Assembly: GCA_029257775.1 (NCBI GenBank)
Contig: JARIAQ010000007.1
Span: forward strand, 1,096-65,095
Reading direction: 5' to 3'
Source of the DNA: Blautia sp.
Lineage (GTDB): Bacteria > Bacillota > Clostridia > Lachnospirales > Lachnospiraceae
DNA: 64,000 bases
Below the pieces are notes generated by a model. The model searched no databases. It was not told the DNA's origin and saw nothing but the letters and a program-made list of their open reading frames with translations. Position numbers and translations under genes: made by a program. This document shows, in pieces, positions 38,717-47,355 of this stretch (the first letter of the stretch is position 1; every line of letters starts with the position of its first letter).

Positions 38717-40792
38717 TTATTGTAAGTCAATGTTTGGTTCACAGCAAGCGCAATCTGGTTCTAATTCAAAGGTGATATCATCGAAAAATACAGCATCATC
38801 TTTGCCAAGAGCACCAGGAATAATGGAGAAAGTATTAGAAATACCATCTTGAGCATCATTAAATGGAAGTTTAGAAACAGAATTTAATGATGCAACAGCG
38901 CCATGGCTGTCTCTGTGATGCATTGGGTTTGCTCCGGGAGCAAAAGCTTGTCCGGCTTTTCTTCCATCAGGTGTTGATCCTGTTGCTTTTCCATAAACAA
39001 CATTGGAAGTAATTGTAAGAATGGAAGTAGTAGGGATTCCTCCGCGGTAAGTATGATTTCCTTTAATATATTCCATAAAAGTGTGGACAATATTGTAGGC
39101 AATATCATCTACTCTGTCATCATCATTTCCGTATTTTGGAAAATCTCCTTCAATTTCATAATCTACAGCAATACCATTTTCATCTCGAATAGTTTTTACT
39201 TTTGCATATTTAATTGCGGATAGAGAGTCAGCAACAACGGAAAGTCCAGCAATACCAGTTGCAAACCAGCGTGTTACTTTTTTATCATGGAGTGCCATCT
39301 GTAATCTTTCATAAGAATATTTGTCATGCATATAATGAATGATATTTAAAGTATTTACATATACACCGGCAAGCCATTTCATCATATCCTGAAATCTGTC
39401 AATGACTTCGTCATATTCCAAATATTCAGAAGTGATTGGACGGAATTTCGGACCAACCTGCTTTTTAGATACCTCGTCAACACCGCCGTTGATAGCGTAC
39501 AATAAACATTTTGCAAGGTTTGCACGTGCACCGAAAAACTGCATTTCTTTTCCGACACGCATGGAAGATACACAGCAGGCAATAGCATAGTCATCACCAT
39601 GGGTTACACGCATTAAATCGTCATTTTCGTACTGAATAGAAGATGATGCAATAGAAGTTTTTGCACAAAAACGTTTAAAGTTTACAGGTAATTTTGTAGA
39701 CCATAATACAGTTAAGTTTGGTTCAGGAGAAGTACCTAGATTTTCCAATGTGTGCAAATAACGGAAGGACATTTTTGTTACAAGATGACGTCCATCAATA
39801 CCTATACCAGCAATGGATTCTGTTACCCAAGTAGGGTCTCCGGAAAATAGCGCATTGTACTCTGGTGTTCTTGCGAACTTAACAAGGCGTAGTTTCATAA
39901 TAAAGTGGTCAATGAATTCCTGGATTTGTTCTTCTGTAAAGGTGTTGTTCTTTAAGTCTCGTTCTGCATAGATATCAAGGAAAGTAGAAGTACGACCAAG
40001 AGACATGGCAGCACCATTTTGTTCTTTGATGGCAGCCAGATATCCCAGGTATAACCATTGGATGGCTTCCTGTACATTGGAAGCAGGACGAGAAATATCA
40101 AATCCGTAAATTTTTCCCAATTCTTTTAATTCTTTTAAAGCACGAATTTGTTCAGATAATTCTTCACGTTCTCTTGTAACATCTGAATACATAGTAGTAC
40201 GAGTTGTATTTTTTTCATTTTCTTTATCTTCAATCAGACGATCTACACCGTAAAGGGCTACACGACGATAGTCACCAATAATACGGCCTCTTCCATAAGC
40301 ATCAGGAAGTCCTGTAATAATATGACTAGAACGACATGCACGCATCTCTGGTGTGTAAGCATCGAATACTCCTGCATTATGTGTCTTGCGGTGTTTTGTA
40401 AAGAATTCAACAACTTCAGGATCTACATGATATCCATTGTCCTCGCAAGCTTTTACTGCCATACGAATTCCGCCGTAAGGTTGCAGAGAACGTTTAAATG
40501 GTTTGTCTGTCTGAAAACCTACGATAGTTTCTAAATCTTTATTTAAATATCCTGGACCATGGGAAGTGATGGTGGAAATGATTTTTGTGTCCATATCCAG
40601 TACACCACCTTTTTCTTGTTCCTGTTTTGTAAGATCCATAACTTGATTCCAGAGTGTTTCTGTTGCTTTTGTAGGACCTGCAAGAAAGGCATCATCACCA
40701 TCGTAAGGAGTATAGTTTTTTTGAATAAAGTCTCTTACATCTATTTCTTTTGTCCACTTTCCTTTGTTAAAGGAAATCCATTCTTCTCTCAT
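38717..40792 (-). CDS. pflB: Pyruvate formate-lyase catalytic subunit lacking the glycyl-radical domain
   Basis: [25 protein letters not shown] (active-site CC), [22 protein letters not shown] and [16 protein letters not shown]. Ends in [12 protein letters not shown] with no RVSGY motif. Confidence 0.95.
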   Translation of the reverse strand: MREEWISFNKGKWTKEIDVRDFIQKNYTPYDGDDAFLAGPTKATETLWNQVMDLTKQEQEKGGVLDMDTKIISTITSHGPGYLNKDLETIVGFQTDKPFKRSLQPYGGIRMAVKACEDNGYHVDPEVVEFFTKHRKTHNAGVFDAYTPEMRACRSSHIITGLPDAYGRGRIIGDYRRVALYGVDRLIEDKENEKNTTRTTMYSDVTREREELSEQIRALKELKELGKIYGFDISRPASNVQEAIQWLYLGYLAAIKEQNGAAMSLGRTSTFLDIYAERDLKNNTFTEEQIQEFIDHFIMKLRLVKFARTPEYNALFSGDPTWVTESIAGIGIDGRHLVTKMSFRYLHTLENLGTSPEPNLTVLWSTKLPVNFKRFCAKTSIASSSIQYENDDLMRVTHGDDYAIACCVSSMRVGKEMQFFGARANLAKCLLYAINGGVDEVSKKQVGPKFRPITSEYLEYDEVIDRFQDMMKWLAGVYVNTLNIIHYMHDKYSYERLQMALHDKKVTRWFATGIAGLSVVADSLSAIKYAKVKTIRDENGIAVDYEIEGDFPKYGNDDDRVDDIAYNIVHTFMEYIKGNHTYRGGIPTTSILTITSNVVYGKATGSTPDGRKAGQAFAPGANPMHHRDSHGAVASLNSVSKLPFNDAQDGISNTFSIIPGALGKDDAVFFDDITFELEPDCACCEPNIDLQ

Positions 40793-40937
40793 GAATTTGA
40801 GTCCTCCTATATATTGTGGTTAGTTACATATAACTATTCTTATATAGGTGGATTTTATAATATTGGACTAAGAAAGTCAAGCTGATATTGTGTTTATAAT
40901 TTAATACAATAGAGGTAAAATAGTAATGTGGTAGATT

Positions 40938-40984
40938 AATCAGAAAAAGCAGATGGAATTTTTTACCATCTGCTTTTTCTGATT
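40938..40984. terminator. Perfect 19-bp-arm terminator downstream of the DUF624 gene
   Basis: AATCAGAAAAAGCAGATGG / CCATCTGCTTTTTCTGATT. Confidence 0.85.
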
Positions 40985-40999
40985 GAGCATATAAAAAGT

Positions 41000-41665
41000 T
41001 TATTTTTCGGAAATTTCAGGTATTTCATTTTCTGTTTCTTCATGAGGTTCATATTTTTCAAACACTTTTCTTAAAATAATAGAACATAGATAAGCGACAC
41101 TGGCAAATCCTAAAAGTAACCATATCATACTGCCATATATAAGTGTTGTAGTTGTTAATAATGTGAGAAATCCCAATCCTAAAGGAATAACAACTAAAAG
41201 AATGGTCCATGGAAGATTTAAGATAGCGATTAATAATGAATTTTTAAAAATATTTTTAATATCATTGATAAATCGTGCCGTGTATGGAAAGATATATACA
41301 AGAACCATAAAGTAAAGAATACTTAATGCCCCTATTAATATTTGAAAAATAGAACTCATTTTTCCAGGAAGAAAGGCAGTGGCACGATAATCCATATAAA
41401 TGAAAATTCCAAGTACTGCCATAATTATCCAAATAATGGTGGATTGTTTAAAATTTTCTTTAAAAGCTTTAAAAAAACCTTTAAAAATATAAGATTCTTC
41501 ACCACGCACCATTTTCAAAGTAATGCTATACAGTGCGGTGATAGAAGCTCCAGCTGTAATGATAGGGATACAACATATAATACACAAAATATTTAAAATC
41601 ATAATATCACATACACGGGACAGAAAACGCATAACGGGACTGTCCATATTAAACAAGCTACTCAT
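41000..41665 (-). CDS. YesL / DUF624 family membrane protein
   Basis: NILCIICCIPIITAGASITALY...FFKAFKENFKQS pattern. Confidence 0.85.
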   Translation of the reverse strand: MSSLFNMDSPVMRFLSRVCDIMILNILCIICCIPIITAGASITALYSITLKMVRGEESYIFKGFFKAFKENFKQSTIIWIIMAVLGIFIYMDYRATAFLPGKMSSIFQILIGALSILYFMVLVYIFPYTARFINDIKNIFKNSLLIAILNLPWTILLVVIPLGLGFLTLLTTTTLIYGSMIWLLLGFASVAYLCSIILRKVFEKYEPHEETENEIPEISEK

Positions 41666-41688
41666 AATAAAACCCTTTCCTGTTTTTG

Positions 41689-42972
41689 TTATTCTTTAAA
41701 ATGATCGTTGTTTTCTTCAGGAAGATAAATATGAACGGTTTCAATACGATTTCGTTCAGCCTTATCTACAACAAGCCGTACACCACCATCTGTAGTGACA
41801 GACTCACCAGTACTTGGAAATCTGTCCAGTTGTTCAATAATGTAACCGCCGATGGAGTCATAGTCATCAGAGGCAATGTTTAAATGAAGTATTTCATCTA
41901 AATCATCTAGTCTGGCAGAACCAAGTGCTATATACTCCTGGTTTGGTATGATTTCGCGAAGTTCATCTTCTTCTGAATCGTATTCATCATGAATATCACC
42001 AACAATTTCTTCAATTAAATCCTCCAAAGTTATAATACCGGAAGTTGCTCCATATTCATCCAATACCACTGCAAAAGTTACTGAATTTTCTTTCATTTCC
42101 ATCAAAAGTTCTGATGTTTTTTTATATTCGTAGGTAAAGTAAGCTTCTCTTAAAATTTTTCGGACGGAAAAATCGGCTTTATCTGTAAGAAGAAGATCTT
42201 TTACATTGACAATACCAATGATATTGTCGGTAGTATCTTCAAAAACCGGGAAACGAGTATATTTTTCATCACGAAACAGAGCAATTAGATCTTCGTAAGA
42301 ACTGTTTACATCAGCAAAAGTTACATCAATACGTGGAATCATAACATCTTCTGCCTGGGAATCTCCAAAATCAAAGACGTTGTAAATCATTTGGCGTTCT
42401 TCGCTTTCAATGACGCCTTCTTCATGTCCTACATTTACAAGAGTGCGAAGTTCATGCTCTGTGATGGTATTGCCTTTTGCGTTGGAATCAATGCGCATTA
42501 GTGTCAGAACACATTGAGCTAACTTATTAATAATAAAGATAACTGGTGTTAAAATAAACATTAAAATACGAATGATTTTTGCATAAGATAGTGCCATTTT
42601 TTCAGCATGTACGGTTGCCAGAGTTTTGGGGGTAATTTCTCCAAAGATTAAGACCAGAAGGGTAATAACACCCGTGCTGATACTTACAGCAGCATTGCCG
42701 AATAGGCGCATAGTAAGTGTAGTGGCAAGGGAAGATGCACTGATATTTACAATGTTGTTACCGATGAGAATGGTACTTAAAAGCTTGCCGGAATCTTCAA
42801 TTACATTTAAAAGTGTCAAAGCTTTTTTGTCACCTTGGTCGGCTAAAGCCTGAATACGAATTTTGTTCACTGTTGTCATAGAGGTTTCTGCTGATGAAAA
42901 AAATGCTGAAAGGCAAATAAGAATAATCAAAATCAGAAACTGTATGGCGTCACTGGAATCCAATATGTTCAA
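41689..42972 (-). CDS. CNNM/HlyC-CorC family transporter (DUF21 + 2 CBS + CorC)
   Basis: SAFFSSAET, ILIGNNIVN, GEITPK, VMIPR, DEYGATSG and EDLIEEIVGDIHDE. True start may be TTG 42963. Confidence 0.92.
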   Translation of the reverse strand: MNILDSSDAIQFLILIILICLSAFFSSAETSMTTVNKIRIQALADQGDKKALTLLNVIEDSGKLLSTILIGNNIVNISASSLATTLTMRLFGNAAVSISTGVITLLVLIFGEITPKTLATVHAEKMALSYAKIIRILMFILTPVIFIINKLAQCVLTLMRIDSNAKGNTITEHELRTLVNVGHEEGVIESEERQMIYNVFDFGDSQAEDVMIPRIDVTFADVNSSYEDLIALFRDEKYTRFPVFEDTTDNIIGIVNVKDLLLTDKADFSVRKILREAYFTYEYKKTSELLMEMKENSVTFAVVLDEYGATSGIITLEDLIEEIVGDIHDEYDSEEDELREIIPNQEYIALGSARLDDLDEILHLNIASDDYDSIGGYIIEQLDRFPSTGESVTTDGGVRLVVDKAERNRIETVHIYLPEENNDHFKE

Positions 42973-43171
42973 CTCCTTTAATATTAAATTATAGCTTTGG
43001 CTATTAAAGTCTAATATACATGATTTTTATTTAGATTGCAAGAAATCTGTATGAAATCCCTACGAAAAAAGTTGATTTTTAGGGGTGTCAGAAAAAGAAA
43101 ATTGTGTTATACTTAATCAGAATAACAGAAATAAAACTTGTTCACATTTGGTTTAGGAAGGAATAAGGGGA

Positions 43172-45199
43172 ATGAATAGAAATAAAAAAATTTCACATAA
43201 AGCGGCAGCTCATGTGCTGAGCATAACCCTTGCTTCTGCATTGGTAACAGGAGCGATGGCAGAGACAGTAGCACCTGTTGCAGTATTTGCCGCACAGCAG
43301 GAAACGCAGACACAAGAGAAAATCATCTATTTAAATGGAAGTGTTCAGGCAGCAGAGACGGCAGATGGAACCAGTCAAGCACAGGCGGTAGATTCTTTTG
43401 AAAAGGCATTCAGTCTTGTGGGCGGACAGGGAACCGTTATAGTATGCGGCACAGTAAATATTAGCACAGAAAAGAAGTTGCATATTCCTGCTGGGATTAA
43501 GATAAAGAAAAATGCTGGCTTTACAGGACCATTAGTAAAGGTTGCAGGTAAAGGGAAACTTACAGTAACAGGTGGAGGGATTACAGCACAAGATGTGGAT
43601 GTTTCTACAGCAGAAGGTGGAACAGAAGCATTTATTATGGCCAAAGTCCCACAAGTAGTTATACCAACGCAGATTACACTGAATAATTTGGCAGAATGGA
43701 ATACTTATAATTTTGCTCTTTTAGGATTTGTTGGTGAGGGAACCTTTGCATGGGGAACACAGACACCACCGTCTTCCTATGAGACAGAAGTGAAAGTGAT
43801 ATTTACACCAAAGGACACAGCAAATTATGAATATTCACTGGTTTCAGGCTGGGATAGTCAGAGTAAAACAGTGACTAGAAATATAAAAGTATATATTGAA
43901 GCATTAAAACCTCAGGAGGAGAAGCCGCAGAAATTAATGGCAGAAGTTCAAATTCCTTCCGAATTACAATTTGCTACAAAAGAAGAATTTAAAAATTACA
44001 ATTTTTTAAATTCTGGATTCACTGGTGAGGGGACTTTTGCTTGGGAAACACAGATCGATCCAGTTTCTTATGAAACAAAGTTGAATGTAGTGTTTACTCC
44101 TTCTGATTTAGAAAAATATGATTATACACAAACAGCTGGTTGGGATGGACAAAGTCAGAAAGTTGTTCGGGAAGTAAGCGTATTGATTGAAGAGTTCAAA
44201 GAGAACAATAGAATTCCAGAAATATCAAATCCAGAAATACCAGAACCAGAAATACCAGAACCAGAAATACCAGAAGAGACGTCTCCTACAGAATCTCAAA
44301 CAGAACATTCGGAAAATCCAGAGAGTTTGGACAATTCTAAAACACCGGAAACCTCTGAAACACCAGAGAATAATGGTGTTCAGATTGAATATGTAAATCC
44401 TGATGAGATAACACAGGTGGAATCAGAAGTACAACAAGAAGTTACTTATCAGGCAGAAGAAGGACAAAATGGAGAAATTGCTCAAGAGATTCCTGAGGCA
44501 CTTCCAGTAGGAAGCTTGATTGATGAGACAGGTGTACAGGTATTTGGGGATTTCATTCCTTATTATGTAGATTTGCAGGTTACTTATAATGAAGCAGTAA
44601 ATGAACTGCCTGATGCAGGAATTGGTGAGATTCTTTCTGCATATGAATTAGAACTTTGGGATTTGAAAGAGAATAAAGAATACCAAGTCCCAGAAGGAAA
44701 GAAAGTAAAGGTTATGATTCCTTTACCGGAAAATGCAAATTGTTTTTCTGAATTATCCATTGCCCATTATTTGGGGAATAATCAGTATGAATATTTTGTG
44801 TTTTCTAAAGATGGAAAGACTGGAAATATGACAGTGGAAGAAAAGGATGGGGCAGAATATTTAACATTTGAAACGGCTTCTTTTAGTCCGTTTAATGTAG
44901 GTGGACATCAGATTGTAGGACCTGGTGTAAATAGCGGTAATTACAAACCATCAACAGGAACATCTCAAACTTCTTCACAGAAAAAGCCTACTACTTCTAC
45001 ACAGAATGTAGTTACACAAAACACAGGAAAGTCCGATAAAAATCAAACACAGAAAAAACCAACACAAAATCGCATCACACCAGTTATTCAGACCGTTAAA
45101 ACTGGTGATGAAGCAAAAACAATGATTTATGTGTTTGTTGGTTTAGGCGCATTAATTATTGCAGGAATTGCTGTTTTTTTTGGAAAAAAGAAAAAATAG
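43172..45199 (+). CDS. Sortase-anchored surface protein with two tandem ~90-aa beta-rich domains and a Pro/Glu linker
   Basis: Signal peptide; duplicated GEGTFAW...SYET...FTP.D...Y.Y...GWD.QS module; C-terminus is TVKTGDE + transmembrane helix + KKKK. Confidence 0.85.
   Translation: MNRNKKISHKAAAHVLSITLASALVTGAMAETVAPVAVFAAQQETQTQEKIIYLNGSVQAAETADGTSQAQAVDSFEKAFSLVGGQGTVIVCGTVNISTEKKLHIPAGIKIKKNAGFTGPLVKVAGKGKLTVTGGGITAQDVDVSTAEGGTEAFIMAKVPQVVIPTQITLNNLAEWNTYNFALLGFVGEGTFAWGTQTPPSSYETEVKVIFTPKDTANYEYSLVSGWDSQSKTVTRNIKVYIEALKPQEEKPQKLMAEVQIPSELQFATKEEFKNYNFLNSGFTGEGTFAWETQIDPVSYETKLNVVFTPSDLEKYDYTQTAGWDGQSQKVVREVSVLIEEFKENNRIPEISNPEIPEPEIPEPEIPEETSPTESQTEHSENPESLDNSKTPETSETPENNGVQIEYVNPDEITQVESEVQQEVTYQAEEGQNGEIAQEIPEALPVGSLIDETGVQVFGDFIPYYVDLQVTYNEAVNELPDAGIGEILSAYELELWDLKENKEYQVPEGKKVKVMIPLPENANCFSELSIAHYLGNNQYEYFVFSKDGKTGNMTVEEKDGAEYLTFETASFSPFNVGGHQIVGPGVNSGNYKPSTGTSQTSSQKKPTTSTQNVVTQNTGKSDKNQTQKKPTQNRITPVIQTVKTGDEAKTMIYVFVGLGALIIAGIAVFFGKKKK
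44231..44275 (+). repeat. Three tandem 15-bp repeats encoding (PEIPE)x3
   Basis: CCAGAAATACCAGAA repeated three times. Confidence 0.9.
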
Positions 45200-45258
45200 A
45201 AAAGAAGTTATGAGTGACAGATCCCTCCCATATATTGATATATAGGAGGGATTTTTCT

Positions 45259-45633
45259 ATGGAAGAAAAAATTTTAAAAGGCGCAAAACCAATGCTAATG
45301 ATAAAAGCGCTCCTATTGGCTTATACGGCTACTGGAATTTTACTTCTGATTCTAGCCTTTTTGCTGTATAAGATGGGGCTTGGAGAAAGCCAGATAAACA
45401 TAGGGATTATGGTTACATACATTGTATCTTGTCTTTTAGGTGGCTTTTATATAGGAAAGAAGATAAAAGTTAGACGATTTGTATGGGGAATGGGAGTAGG
45501 TACGGGATATGCCATTCTTCTTATTTTGGTCACTTTTTTTGCAGAACATCAGATAAGCGGAGATTTTAAAGAAATGCTTATGATGTTTTTCCTATGTTTT
45601 TTTGGAGGAACCCTAGGAGGAATGATATCCTGA
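45259..45633 (+). CDS. Small membrane protein, TIGR04086-like (the usual upstream neighbour of SCIFF)
   Basis: Four transmembrane helices with a GGFYIGKK motif; directly upstream of scfA; RBS AGGAGG. Confidence 0.8.
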   Translation: MEEKILKGAKPMLMIKALLLAYTATGILLLILAFLLYKMGLGESQINIGIMVTYIVSCLLGGFYIGKKIKVRRFVWGMGVGTGYAILLILVTFFAEHQISGDFKEMLMMFFLCFFGGTLGGMIS

Positions 45634-45641
45634 ATTTCTAC

Positions 45642-45670
45642 TTGCTAGGCGGTTACAGCTATGCTATAAT
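45642..45670 (+). promoter_or_regulatory. Sigma-A promoter for scfA
   Basis: TTGCTA, 17 bp, TG-c-TATAAT. Confidence 0.75.
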
Positions 45671-45719
45671 ACCGCTAGATGTTATATCTTAAAATTATCA
45701 TACATGGGAGGATTATGTT

Positions 45720-45860
45720 ATGGAACATATCAAAACATTAAATACAAAAAGCTTGCAGAATACAGTAAAAAAAGGTGGATGTGGGGAATGTCAGACATCT
45801 TGTCAGTCTGCATGTAAAACATCTTGCACAGTAGGAAACCAGAGCTGCGAACATAAATAA
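45720..45860 (+). CDS. scfA: SCIFF ranthipeptide precursor (46 aa), not in the ORF track
   Basis: Hand translation MEHIKTLNTKSLQNTVKKGGCGECQTSCQSACKTSCTVGNQSCEHK; six Cys; RBS GGGAGG. Confidence 0.97.
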   Translation: MEHIKTLNTKSLQNTVKKGGCGECQTSCQSACKTSCTVGNQSCEHK

Positions 45861-45963
45861 AATAACACAGTGCGTTTTTTTCTGGGCACATGGCTGAATA
45901 GCAGCGGTGTAAAAGCCGCTGCTTAATTTATGGTGTGAACAGGCAGATAAGGAAAGGAGAAAC

Positions 45964-47328
45964 TTGGTGATACATCGTTATAAAAATAATGGCTATAATA
46001 TTGTACTGGATGTAAATAGTGGTTCGGTACATGTAGTAGATGAATTGGTTTATGATGTAATCGGACTTCTGGATGAAGGGCAGGAAGAAGCTGTTATTTA
46101 TGAGAAGTTAAAAGATACATATAAAAATGAAGATATTCAGACAGCATTAAAGGAAATTCAAGAATTAAAAGAAGCCGGAATGTTGTTTACGGAGGATATT
46201 TATCGAAATGCTATTGAGCATTTTAAAGAAAGAGAGACTGTCGTAAAGGCATTGTGTCTGCATATTGCCCATGATTGTAATCTGGCATGCAGATATTGCT
46301 TTGCAGAAGAAGGAGAATATCACGGAAGAAGAGCTTTAATGTCCTATGAAGTAGGAAAACAGGCTTTGGATTTTTTGATTGCAAATTCTGGAAATAGAAA
46401 GAATTTAGAAGTGGATTTCTTTGGCGGAGAGCCTTTAATGAACTGGAAAGTAGTTAAAGATTTAGTTGCCTATGGAAGAGAACAGGAAAAAATTTACAAT
46501 AAAAATTTCCGCTTTACTTTAACTACAAATGGAGTCCTTTTAGATGACGAGATTATGGAATTTGCCAACAAAGAAATGGCAAATGTAGTATTAAGTATTG
46601 ATGGAAGAAAAGAAGTGCATGATTTTATGCGTCCTTTTAGAAAAGGGGCAGGAAGTTATGATTTAGTAGTTCCTAAATTTCAGAAGTTTGCAAAAAGCAG
46701 AGGAGAGAAAAGTTACTACGCAAGAGGAACCTTTACCCGTCATAACTTAGATTTTTCTGAAGATGTACTGCATTTGGCTGATTTGGGATTTGATCAGATT
46801 TCTGTAGAGCCTGTAGTAGCAGATGAAAAAGAAGAATATGCATTGAAGTGGGAAGACGTTCCAAAAATCTGTGAGGAATACGACAAGCTTGCAAAAGAAA
46901 TGATCCGTCGTAAAAAGGAAGGAAAAGGATTTAACTTTTTCCATTTCATGATTGACTTAACAGGTGGCCCTTGTGTGTATAAGCGTTTGTCTGGTTGCGG
47001 TTCAGGTACGGAGTATCTAGCTGTAACTCCATGGGGTGATTTATATCCATGCCATCAATTTGTTGGTGAGGAAAAATACCTTATGGGAAATGTGTGGGAT
47101 GGTGTAAAACGTACAGATTTATGCAAGGAATTTAAAGATTGTAATGTATATGCAAAAGAAAAATGTCAAAATTGTTTTGCAAAATTCTATTGTAGTGGAG
47201 GTTGTGCAGCAAATTCTTACAATTTCCATGGTTCTATCAATGATGTTTACGAATTAGGATGTGAACTTCAGAGAAAGCGTGTAGAGTGTGCTATTATGTT
47301 AAAAGCAGCAGAGGCGGCAGAAGAATAA
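45964..47328 (+). CDS. scfB: SCIFF radical SAM/SPASM maturase
   Basis: CLHIAHDCNLACRYCFA, FFGGEPL, GPCVYKRLSGCG, YPCHQF and CxxCxxxxxCxGGC SPASM cysteines; adjacent to scfA. Confidence 0.95.
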   Translation: MVIHRYKNNGYNIVLDVNSGSVHVVDELVYDVIGLLDEGQEEAVIYEKLKDTYKNEDIQTALKEIQELKEAGMLFTEDIYRNAIEHFKERETVVKALCLHIAHDCNLACRYCFAEEGEYHGRRALMSYEVGKQALDFLIANSGNRKNLEVDFFGGEPLMNWKVVKDLVAYGREQEKIYNKNFRFTLTTNGVLLDDEIMEFANKEMANVVLSIDGRKEVHDFMRPFRKGAGSYDLVVPKFQKFAKSRGEKSYYARGTFTRHNLDFSEDVLHLADLGFDQISVEPVVADEKEEYALKWEDVPKICEEYDKLAKEMIRRKKEGKGFNFFHFMIDLTGGPCVYKRLSGCGSGTEYLAVTPWGDLYPCHQFVGEEKYLMGNVWDGVKRTDLCKEFKDCNVYAKEKCQNCFAKFYCSGGCAANSYNFHGSINDVYELGCELQRKRVECAIMLKAAEAAEE

Positions 47329-47355
47329 GAAAATTAAGTAAAGAAGGGAAAAATA

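Noticed and set aside
38694-38800. pflB as a frameshifted pseudogene
   Set aside because: The downstream part has its own strong RBS and start, the upstream part has a distinct tail and stop, and both keep their catalytic motifs. This fits an evolved split better than decay.
40800-40915. Rex operator upstream of pflB
   Set aside because: The imperfect palindromes (e.g. ATTGTGTTT...TAATACAAT) do not match the 18-bp TTGTKAA-N4-TTMACAA spacing and are plausible by chance in AT-rich DNA.
44231-44275. Tandem repeat as a CRISPR array or phase-variation switch
   Set aside because: The 15-bp units are contiguous with no spacers and are a multiple of three, so copy changes keep the frame.
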